NCBI GenBank assembly: GCA_043823065.1
Contig: JBDRBB010000021.1
Location: 1-24,957 of the forward strand
DNA: 24,957 nt
Source: Pseudomonadota bacterium
GTDB taxonomy: Bacteria > UBA10199 > 2-02-FULL-44-16 > DYJF01
Reading direction: 5' to 3'
This document shows positions 8,523 to 16,416 of the stretch, one piece after another (position 1 is the stretch's first letter; each line of letters begins with the position of its first letter). A program made the position numbers and the translations under genes. The notes beneath the pieces were generated by a model. It saw only the letters and a list, made by a program, of their open reading frames with translations, did no database searches and had not been told where the DNA came from.

Positions 8523-9398
8523 TTATAGCAGATTATATTGCGTCAACACGCTCTTTAGTTCCTCTTTATGCGCAGAAGAAATAGGAGTTAAAGGTAAACG
8601 AAACTCCTCTTTACATTTACCCATTAAAGCCAAAGCTGTTTTGGCTGGAATAGGGTTGGTTTCCATAAACATGGTTTTATTCAAAATTTCCAAATCTGCC
8701 TGCATTTTTTTAGCTTCATCTTTATTTCCAGCTTCAAATTTATCCCAAATTTGGCTGACTATATATGGCGCTACATTTGAAGTTACGGAAATACACCCAT
8801 CTCCACCTGCAGCATAAATATCATAATTTTGAGCATCTTCTCCAGAATAAAGACCAAAATCTTCCGGAGTATCAGTTATAATTCTTCTAATCTGCCCCAA
8901 ATTGCCTGAAGCTTCTTTAATACCAACAATATTATCTATCTGAGCTAAACGAGCGACAGTTTCTGGTAGCATATTCACAGCTGTGCGCCCAGGTACGTTG
9001 TATAAAATAATTGGCAAATCCACCATGGCAGCGATTGCCTTAAAATGTTGGTATAAACCTTCTTGCATGGGTTTATTATAAAAAGGTGTTACTTGCAGCT
9101 GGGCATCAGCTCTATTTTTTTTGGCTTGCTTTGCCAGTTGGATAGCTTTGGTTGTGCAATTAGAACCAGCTCCAGCAATTACTGGCACCCTGCCTGCTGC
9201 CACATCTACTGCCACCTGAATTACTCTTTCATGTTCAGCCAAAGAAAGGGTGGCAGCTTCACCTGTAGTGCCACAAACCACCAAAGCATCCACACCATTT
9301 TTAATCTGCCAATCTATTAAAGCAGAAAATGATGTTTCATCAAAATTGCCTTCCTTAAATGGAGTAACAATCGCTGTCATCACACCTTGAAACAACAT
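8523..9398 (-). CDS. dapA: 4-hydroxy-tetrahydrodipicolinate synthase
   Basis: GTTGE, PFYNKP, LYNVPGRT, GIKEASG and ETNPIP. Start ATG 9398 follows an AGAGGTG RBS. Confidence 0.97.
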   Translation of the reverse strand: MLFQGVMTAIVTPFKEGNFDETSFSALIDWQIKNGVDALVVCGTTGEAATLSLAEHERVIQVAVDVAAGRVPVIAGAGSNCTTKAIQLAKQAKKNRADAQLQVTPFYNKPMQEGLYQHFKAIAAMVDLPIILYNVPGRTAVNMLPETVARLAQIDNIVGIKEASGNLGQIRRIITDTPEDFGLYSGEDAQNYDIYAAGGDGCISVTSNVAPYIVSQIWDKFEAGNKDEAKKMQADLEILNKTMFMETNPIPAKTALALMGKCKEEFRLPLTPISSAHKEELKSVLTQYNLL

Positions 9399-9413
9399 AC
9401 ACACCTCTTATGA

Positions 9414-10265
9414 TTACAAACAAATTTCTCCACAAAAAACTGTTTCCACAGGTCCGCGCAAATAAACATGATTATCTTTGCGGTTCCAATCTACAATAAG
9501 TTTACCACCTGGTTGTTTAACCGTGGTTTTGCGCTCTGAAAAACCATTAAGCACTGCCGCCACAGTGGCAGCGCAAGCTGCAGTTCCACAAGATCTAGTT
9601 TCACCAACACCGCGCTCCCAAACGCGCATGTGTAAATCACCTTTAGAAAAAATGTTTACAAAACTGACATTAGCTTTTTTGGGGAAAATACTATAGGTCT
9701 CCAACAGTGGTCCAAATTTCTGCAAGGGAAAGTCGTCTAATTGTTCTTGGAAGATCACACAGTGTGGATTGCCCATAGAAAGGCAAGTAATCCTAAATTC
9801 CTTGGATTCAATCCTAACCGGGCGATTAATTACCCTGCCAGATAGATTAACCGGAATTTCCTTACCCTTCATTTTTGGTTCACCCATATCAGCTTCAATA
9901 GAGTGTGCGCCCACAAAACGAACTTTTCTAATTCCTGCAACAGTTTCAATGGTTAATTCTTTTTTACTGGAAAAATTATTATCTTTTATAAATCTAGCCA
10001 AACACCGTAAACCATTACCGCACATTTCTGCTTCAGAACCATCTTGATTAAAAGTGCGCATGCCAAAATCTGCTTTGCGAGATTTGATCAGCAAGATCAT
10101 TTGATCTCCGCCAACACCACTATTGCGATTCAAAACTTTGCGCGCAATTGGAGCTGGACTAGCAAACATGGTTTTTGTGCAATCAAACACCACAAAATCA
10201 TTTTCCTGGCCTTGCATTTTTACAAAAGGGCGAGCTTTTTTTCTTGATATATTTTCCGTAGCCAT
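9414..10265 (-). CDS. dapF: Diaminopimelate epimerase
   Basis: KMQGQENDF, EAEMCGNG, MGNPH and ERGVGETRSCGT; both catalytic Cys present. AGGAGGGG RBS. Confidence 0.95.
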   Translation of the reverse strand: MATENISRKKARPFVKMQGQENDFVVFDCTKTMFASPAPIARKVLNRNSGVGGDQMILLIKSRKADFGMRTFNQDGSEAEMCGNGLRCLARFIKDNNFSSKKELTIETVAGIRKVRFVGAHSIEADMGEPKMKGKEIPVNLSGRVINRPVRIESKEFRITCLSMGNPHCVIFQEQLDDFPLQKFGPLLETYSIFPKKANVSFVNIFSKGDLHMRVWERGVGETRSCGTAACAATVAAVLNGFSERKTTVKQPGGKLIVDWNRKDNHVYLRGPVETVFCGEICL

Positions 10266-10313
10266 GACCCCTCCTTGATCTAAATATTTGAAATATAAGT
10301 AAAAACAGACTTG

Positions 10314-10342
10314 ACCTTAACAAGCACGCCCCCTATTGTCAA
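10314..10342 (-). promoter_or_regulatory. Sigma70-type promoter of the dap operon
   Basis: Minus strand TTGACA (10342-10337), 17-nt spacer, TAAGGT (10319-10314), with a TGn extended -10. Confidence 0.65.
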
Positions 10343-10360
10343 GAAAATCACTCTTATTAG

Positions 10361-10390
10361 TTGACTTTAGAAGCCTTTTTAGACTATAAA
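10361..10390 (+). promoter_or_regulatory. Putative sigma70 promoter of rho
   Basis: TTGACT-N18-TATAAA, back to back with the dap promoter. Confidence 0.45.
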
Positions 10391-10532
10391 CAGCTAAATC
10401 CTACAAAACCATATCTATTAAATATATAACCAAACGCCTTTTAACTTATTGAAACTACTTAAATAAATCACACCAAAACCAGTATGTTTGACACAAATAA
10501 TTTCAGCAAAAATCCCACAATAAGGAGTAATT

Positions 10533-11780
10533 ATGCATCTTAACGACCTTAAGACCAAGAAGATCAGCGACCTCGTAGAAATGGCCAATGGCATGAAAAT
10601 CGAAAATGCCCCTAACCTGCGCCGCCAAGAATTAATTTTTGCCTTATTACAAGCACACACTGAAAAAAACGGACAAATCTTTGGAGAAGGTGTTTTGGAA
10701 ATTCTGCCAGATGGTTTTGGCTTTTTACGCTCTCCAGATTATAGTTATCTGCCTGGCCCAGATGATATTTATGTTTCACCTTCGCAAATTAGACGCTTTG
10801 GTTTAAGAACCGGAGATGTTGTTGCTGGCCAAATCAGACCTCCTAAAGAAGGAGAACGCTATTTTGCCCTGCTTAAAGTTGAATCGATCAGCTTTGAACC
10901 CCCTGAAGTTTCCAAAGATAAAATTCTGTTCGATAATCTTACCCCACTTTATCCAGATGAACGCTTGGTCTTGGAAAAAGATCCAAAAAATTATTCCATG
11001 CGCATCATGGACTTGTTCACGCCTATTGGTAAAGGTCAACGTTCCTTAATCGTTTCACCTCCACGCGCTGGAAAAACCGTGATGTTACAAAACATTGCCA
11101 ACTCCATTATTGGCAACTATCCAGAATGTGTGGTTATTGTCCTGTTAATAGATGAGCGGCCTGAAGAAGTAACTGACATGCAGCGCTCAGTTAAGGCTGA
11201 AGTCGTTTCCTCTACCTTTGACGAACCAGCTCAGCGTCACGTTCAAGTAGCAGAAATGGTTTTGGAAAAAGCCAAACGTTTAGTTGAGCATAAAAAAGAT
11301 GTGGTTATCTTATTGGATTCCATTACCAGACTGGCCCGCGCTTATAATACAGTAGTTCCACCTTCAGGTAAAATTTTGTCTGGTGGTGTAGATTCTAATG
11401 CCCTGCATAAACCCAAACGTTTTTTTGGTGCAGCCAGAAATGTGGAAGAAGGTGGTTCGTTAACTATTATTGGCACAGCCTTGATTGACACTGGCAGCCG
11501 CATGGATGAAGTAATTTTTGAAGAATTTAAAGGCACAGGAAATATGGAAATTGGCCTAGATCGCAAACTTATGGAAAAACGCATCTTTCCTTGTATGGAT
11601 ATTAATAAGAGTAGTACCAGAAAAGAAGAATTGCTGTTAAGCGAGGAAGAATTAAACAAAGTCTGGATCTTGCGCAAAATGCTGCAGCCGCTTAATCAAA
11701 TTGATGCCATGGAATTCATGCTGGATAAAATGCAAAACACGAAAACTAACAAAGAATTTCTCATGTCTATGAATCAATAG
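10533..11780 (+). CDS. rho: Transcription termination factor Rho
   Basis: [42 protein letters not shown] and [11 protein letters not shown]; 415 aa; TAAGGAG RBS. Confidence 0.99.
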   Translation: MHLNDLKTKKISDLVEMANGMKIENAPNLRRQELIFALLQAHTEKNGQIFGEGVLEILPDGFGFLRSPDYSYLPGPDDIYVSPSQIRRFGLRTGDVVAGQIRPPKEGERYFALLKVESISFEPPEVSKDKILFDNLTPLYPDERLVLEKDPKNYSMRIMDLFTPIGKGQRSLIVSPPRAGKTVMLQNIANSIIGNYPECVVIVLLIDERPEEVTDMQRSVKAEVVSSTFDEPAQRHVQVAEMVLEKAKRLVEHKKDVVILLDSITRLARAYNTVVPPSGKILSGGVDSNALHKPKRFFGAARNVEEGGSLTIIGTALIDTGSRMDEVIFEEFKGTGNMEIGLDRKLMEKRIFPCMDINKSSTRKEELLLSEEELNKVWILRKMLQPLNQIDAMEFMLDKMQNTKTNKEFLMSMNQ

Positions 11781-11794
11781 CAGCTGGCCTAATT

Positions 11795-12823
11795 ATGCAA
11801 ATCGGTATCCTTGGTCTTTCCCAAAGCGGAAAAAGCACTTTATTTCAAATCATGACCGGAGTTGACGCTTCAGGTTCCTACGGAGAGAACTATCTGGAAG
11901 GAATAGCTAAGGTTCCAGATACCAGATTTGACCAACTAGTTAAGATATTCAGTCCAAAAAAGATTTCACCTGCAGCTATACCTTTTATAGATGTTAATGC
12001 TTCAGGAGAAAAGGCCTGGAACACTATTCGCCAAGCTTTAAGCAGGGTTGATGGAATCATCCACATCATAGATGCTTTTTCCAATAATTTAGATGAAGTT
12101 ATAAGTAAGTATCAAAACCTCATGGATGAGCTAATCTTGGCTGATCTGGTGCTAGTGGAGAACAAACTGGAGCGCCTCCAAAAACTACAAGCTAAAGCAA
12201 TGGGGCCAGATGAAATAAATCAAGCCAAAATCCTGCCCAAAGCTAAAGAGCTTTTGGAAGCTGGAAAAGTTTTAAGCAATCTTTCTCTAAATCAACAAGA
12301 AGTGTCTTCATTAAGAAGTTTTTGTTTTTGGACCTTAAAACCGCAACTAATCGTGCTAAATATTGCAGAAAATAGCGCTGATATTTCCGAAACTTTTAAG
12401 CAAAAAACCCAAGTCAGTTTTCCAGTTATCAGCATTTGTTGCCAGATTGAAGCTGAAATTTGCAAACTACCTGTAGAGGAACAAAAAGAATTTCTGGAAT
12501 CTGCTGGCATCAGCCAGCCTGCTTTTGAGCGCATTATTCAAACCTCATTTTCTTTGCTAGGACAAATTAGTTACTTCACCGTAGGCGAAGATGAAGTTAA
12601 AGCCTGGGTAATTCCTGCTAATTCAACTGCGCCCAAAGCTGCTTCAGCAATTCATAAAGATTTTGAACGCGGTTTTATCAAAGCTGAAGTCACTAGTTTT
12701 GCTGATTTTATCGCTTGCGGTGCAACTTTAGCTGCAGCCAAAGCCAAGGGAAAATTACGTTTGGAAGGAAAAGAATATATTGTTCAGGATGGAGATATTA
12801 TTAGTTTTAGATTTAATGTGTAA
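11795..12823 (+). CDS. ychF: YchF/Ola1-like ATPase with divergent G domain
   Basis: P-loop GLSQSGKST, KVPDTR, and C-terminal FTVGEDEVKAW, IHKDFERGFIKAEV and RLEGKEYIVQDGDII. Confidence 0.85.
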   Translation: MQIGILGLSQSGKSTLFQIMTGVDASGSYGENYLEGIAKVPDTRFDQLVKIFSPKKISPAAIPFIDVNASGEKAWNTIRQALSRVDGIIHIIDAFSNNLDEVISKYQNLMDELILADLVLVENKLERLQKLQAKAMGPDEINQAKILPKAKELLEAGKVLSNLSLNQQEVSSLRSFCFWTLKPQLIVLNIAENSADISETFKQKTQVSFPVISICCQIEAEICKLPVEEQKEFLESAGISQPAFERIIQTSFSLLGQISYFTVGEDEVKAWVIPANSTAPKAASAIHKDFERGFIKAEVTSFADFIACGATLAAAKAKGKLRLEGKEYIVQDGDIISFRFNV

Positions 12824-13574
12824 AAACCGCAATGCCATTAGTCACAGTTGTTACACCAGGTAAAGAAATTTCAAACTTATCAATATTGGCATACAACTGA
12901 GAAGACCCGCCACCATCTAAAGCCATGGCATTAGCGCATTCCAGGCCACCTTTATAACGCGACATTTTCATTCTTTTAGCTAGTTCGGTTAAAGAAATTG
13001 GCGTTCCATCTGTTACTAGCAAAACCACTTTACCTGAACCAGTAATGCCAATTGCCGTCCTAGCAGCCAAACCTTCTTTAAGCTTGGGAATAAAACCATC
13101 TATCACTAGTCTGGGACCTGCTTGAATGGCTAGCTGAATTTGCTGAGAAAACTGATATTCTTTAGGTGTAACAATAGATGGCTGATTATTTTTTAGAACA
13201 AAGATGCTCCACCAAGAAGTTTTGTGCAAAGGATTTAGCACTTTACCGTCATTAACCAGCAAACCAATGGACTTATGCTCTGGCGTAAAAAAACCACCAT
13301 TAATCACCAAATTGGCCTTTTCTTGCTTGGCCATATTTTTTGCGGTTTCCCCCTGAGGTTGATCAGAATTGGCAAGCACTATTTGAAACTTAACCTCATT
13401 AGGATCAAGCTGAAAAGCATGAATAATAGTTCGTCTGTCTTCTTCAGGCTCAAAACTAAACTTGGTATAAAGCACTCCTTTATCCAGCTTGTTCCAATGG
13501 TAAACTGGCTTAGGACTGGCCTTAACAACTCCTGCGCAAAATAGGATTAATAATATTACAAAAACTCGTTTCAT
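12813..13574 (-). CDS. Exported phosphodiester glycosidase (NAGPA/DUF2233) family protein
   Basis: Signal peptide; INGGFF, QAGPRLV, ARTAIG and ALDGGGSSQL motifs. The 3' end overlaps ychF by 11 nt. Confidence 0.88.
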   Translation of the reverse strand: MKRVFVILLILFCAGVVKASPKPVYHWNKLDKGVLYTKFSFEPEEDRRTIIHAFQLDPNEVKFQIVLANSDQPQGETAKNMAKQEKANLVINGGFFTPEHKSIGLLVNDGKVLNPLHKTSWWSIFVLKNNQPSIVTPKEYQFSQQIQLAIQAGPRLVIDGFIPKLKEGLAARTAIGITGSGKVVLLVTDGTPISLTELAKRMKMSRYKGGLECANAMALDGGGSSQLYANIDKFEISLPGVTTVTNGIAVFTH

Positions 13575-13578
13575 CTAA

Positions 13579-14670
13579 TTACTGTCCCCAAATTTCCACT
13601 ACTGAACCTTCCTCAAGTCTATCATTGCCTTTAATTACCACCAAATCATTATCCATTAAACCTTTAACAATTTCTATGCGACCATCTTTTTTATCTTTAA
13701 TAACCACTGGCACTTTATGCGCTATACCACCTGAAACAGTAAACACATAATGACGCCTTTTATCTGCAATAACTGCTTCTTCTGGCACGTTAAAAAAACG
13801 TTGCTTATCTGCAGCTTCAAATTCTACCTGAGCTACCATACCTACTTTGTAAATATTCTCTGGATTTGGAATATTTATCTGCACCTCAAAACGACCGGTT
13901 TCTTCATCAATCTGGCTGCCCACAGCTGTAATTTGCGCTTCCTTTTTTTCACCTGGCAAATCTCTAAATTGCACCTGAACCGGCATGCCAGCTCGAACAG
14001 CCTTAGCTTCATAAGGCACTAAAGAAAAAACCACGCTAATTGGATTAATTTGGGTAATTTCAAATAAAGACTGATTTTCTTGAATAATAATCCCAGGAGA
14101 GGCAATTCTGCGGCTAACAACTCCGGCAATTGGACTTTTTACATCCACTTCCATGTTTTTTTCTTCCAGTCCTGATATCTTAGTCCTAATTTCTGACATT
14201 TCTTTTTCGTTTTTTTCCACATCTTCTTCAAGGCGATCATATTGATCTTGATTAATTCGCTCTTCTTCCAACAATCGATCGCGATTTCGGAAAAAATATA
14301 AATTGCGATCCAGTTCAGATTGTTTATCCCGCAAATTCACCCTTAATCTCGCTAAATCCAGCTTGGTGTCTTCTTCTGATAACTGGCAGAGAACCTGGCC
14401 AGCTGTAACATAATCTCCTTCATTAACAAAAACCTTGCTTATGCGAACTTCGTTTGGCAGCTTTACTTCAACTACATCGCTGGCTTGCACCGTGCCACGC
14501 ACCACATTAAAAACCAATTGTTCCTGAGATTTCACATTCTCCACAGCCACAGGCACAGTACTTCCGCCACCAGCAAAAAACTTACCCAACCAATCTCGCT
14601 GGCCTTGGGTACAAGCTGCAATTGTCATTGAAATCAAGACCAGGAAAACAAGCAAAAATACTTTCTTCAT
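13579..14670 (-). CDS. Efflux periplasmic adaptor (membrane fusion protein), lipoprotein
   Basis: Lipobox TIAA-C, lipoyl half-motifs VNEGDYVTAGQ and VKSPIAGVV around a coiled coil, and VPEEAVI...GL..ND.VVI.G. Confidence 0.9.
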   Translation of the reverse strand: MKKVFLLVFLVLISMTIAACTQGQRDWLGKFFAGGGSTVPVAVENVKSQEQLVFNVVRGTVQASDVVEVKLPNEVRISKVFVNEGDYVTAGQVLCQLSEEDTKLDLARLRVNLRDKQSELDRNLYFFRNRDRLLEEERINQDQYDRLEEDVEKNEKEMSEIRTKISGLEEKNMEVDVKSPIAGVVSRRIASPGIIIQENQSLFEITQINPISVVFSLVPYEAKAVRAGMPVQVQFRDLPGEKKEAQITAVGSQIDEETGRFEVQINIPNPENIYKVGMVAQVEFEAADKQRFFNVPEEAVIADKRRHYVFTVSGGIAHKVPVVIKDKKDGRIEIVKGLMDNDLVVIKGNDRLEEGSVVEIWGQ

Positions 14671-14704
14671 ATAACTCCCCCTAAAAACACATATGGCTGT
14701 AACC

Positions 14705-14732
14705 CATACTACATACTATATACTATATACAG
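14705..14732. repeat. 7-bp tandem repeat tract
   Basis: CATACTA-CATACTA-TATACTA-TATACAG. Confidence 0.75.
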
Positions 14733-14800
14733 AGCAACAACTTTTTATAGCAAGCTTCTATTGACGTTTAGTTTTTAGCAGGATACAGAAGAAAATCTGT

Positions 14801-14957
14801 AATATCTAAATACTAATATCTAAATTCTAAACAATATCAAATGTTCAAAATTCAGATTACTAAAACATTTGTATTTTGGACGTTTTTAGCGGTTTTATAA
14901 ATAGTAATTTGGTAATTAAAAATTGTTTAGAGAATTAGATATTAGAGATTAGGATTT
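14801..14957. repeat. Heptad-periodic palindrome A (upstream of glyQS)
   Basis: Left arm AATATCT-AAATACT-AATATCT-AAATTCT-AAACAAT (14801-14835). The right arm (14922-14957) reverse-complements to AAATCCT-AATCTCT-AATATCT-AATTCTCT-AAACAAT. Confidence 0.85.
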
Positions 14958-14967
14958 GGGGTCATTT

Positions 14968-16278
14968 ATGGTAGACATGGATACTCTAGTTTCTTTATGT
15001 AAACGTCGCGGTTTTATTTTCCAATCCAGTGAAATATATGGTGGTATTAACGGCTTCTGGGATTTTGGCCCTTTAGGCGTAGAACTGAAAAACCGGGTTA
15101 AAAACTACTGGTGGAACAAGATGGTTAGGGAACGAGATGATGTCGTAGGCGTTGACACCAGCATTATTGCTCACCCTCAAACCTGGGTTGCTTCAGGCCA
15201 TGTCTCTAGCTTTAATGATCCTATGATCGATTGCAAGGCTTGTAAAAAACGCTTTCGTGCAGATGACATGCCTAAAAGCGAAAAATATCCAGAAGGTCAT
15301 TGTCCAGAATGCGGCGGAGAATTAACCCAAGCTCGCGAATTTAATTTAATGTTTCAAACCAATGTGGGGGCCACCAAAGATGGCGCAGCCACCGCCTATT
15401 TAAGACCAGAAACTTGCCAATCTATTTTTACCCAATTTAAAAATGTGCAAATTGTCAGCCGCAAAAAAATTCCTTTTGGCATTGCCCAAATAGGCAAAGC
15501 TTTTCGCAATGAAATCACTCCTCGTAATTTCATTTTTCGCTCCAGAGAGTTTGAACAGATGGAAATGGAGTTTTTCTGTCATCCTGATGAAAGCGAAAAG
15601 TGGTATGAATATTGGGTTGAACAACGTTTTAAATGGTTCAATTCCCTGGGCATTAAGGAAGCTGGCTTAAAATTACGCCCACATCACCAAGGAGAGTTAG
15701 CGCACTATGCCAAATCTTGCGTGGATGTGGAATATGAAATGCCTTTTGGCATTTCTGAAATGGAAGGCATTGCCAATCGTTCTACTTATGATCTTACCCA
15801 ACACATGAATTCTTCTGGCAAAGACCTGACCTATTATGATGATGCCACCAAGGAAAGATATATCCCAGCAGTTATTGAAACATCAGTGGGCGCGGACCGT
15901 ACTTGTCTGGCCATTTTAGCTGATGCTTACCGAGAAGAAGAAGTTAAAGGAGAAAAACGGGTGGTTATGGGCTTTGCACCGCACATTGCTCCAGTGCAAA
16001 TTGGAGTATTTCCCCTTTCCAATAAATTATCTGAACCAGCTAGTAAAATTCACCAAGAATTAAAAAAACATTATGTGTCGGAATTTGACAGTGTTGGTTC
16101 TATTGGCAAACGCTATCGCCGCCACGATGAAATTGGCACACCCTTTTGCATTACCTATGATTTTCAGAGTGAAGAAGATCATGCGGTAACTGTGCGCAAT
16201 AGAGATACTATGGAGCAAGACCGGGTTCCTATTGAAGGACTCGTAAAATATTTGGAGGATAGATTTAACAATAAATAA
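14968..16278 (+). CDS. glyQS: Glycine--tRNA ligase, alpha2 (eukaryote/archaea-like) type
   Basis: LCKRRGF, YLRPETCQ, GIAQIGKAFRNEI, FRSREFEQME, EGIANR and IGKRYRRHDEIGTP. ATG 14968 chosen as start. Confidence 0.96.
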   Translation: MVDMDTLVSLCKRRGFIFQSSEIYGGINGFWDFGPLGVELKNRVKNYWWNKMVRERDDVVGVDTSIIAHPQTWVASGHVSSFNDPMIDCKACKKRFRADDMPKSEKYPEGHCPECGGELTQAREFNLMFQTNVGATKDGAATAYLRPETCQSIFTQFKNVQIVSRKKIPFGIAQIGKAFRNEITPRNFIFRSREFEQMEMEFFCHPDESEKWYEYWVEQRFKWFNSLGIKEAGLKLRPHHQGELAHYAKSCVDVEYEMPFGISEMEGIANRSTYDLTQHMNSSGKDLTYYDDATKERYIPAVIETSVGADRTCLAILADAYREEEVKGEKRVVMGFAPHIAPVQIGVFPLSNKLSEPASKIHQELKKHYVSEFDSVGSIGKRYRRHDEIGTPFCITYDFQSEEDHAVTVRNRDTMEQDRVPIEGLVKYLEDRFNNK

Positions 16279-16401
16279 CCAATGACCAAGATACAAGGTA
16301 CAAACAAATTCCAAGATACAATAAGCAAATTCCAATATTAGGATAGTTGAAATTTGGTAATTGGGAGTTGTTTGGTTATTGTTTCTTGGTTATTGGTCAT
16401 T
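16274..16401. repeat. Heptad-periodic palindrome B (between glyQS and ppdK)
   Basis: Left arm AATAACC-AATGACC-AAGATAC-AAGGTAC-AAACAA... The right arm (16347-16401) reverse-complements to AATGACC-AATAACC-AAGAAAC-AATAACC-AAACAA... Confidence 0.85.
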
Positions 16402-16416
16402 AAAAAGGAGGCACTT

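Noticed and set aside
10266..10313. Lysine riboswitch upstream of the dap operon
   Set aside because: The predicted leader is under 50 nt, far too short.
14761..14967. T-box leader for glyQS
   Set aside because: No T-box consensus and no terminator/antiterminator pair; the space is filled by the AT-rich palindrome.
14801..16401. Heptad repeats as a CRISPR array
   Set aside because: Units are 7 bp, contiguous and inverted. There are no constant repeats with unique spacers and no cas genes.
16354..16416. Hydrophobic N-terminal extension of PpdK in the ORF track
   Set aside because: It is a translation of the palindrome B right arm. The AAGGAGG RBS points to GTG 16417.
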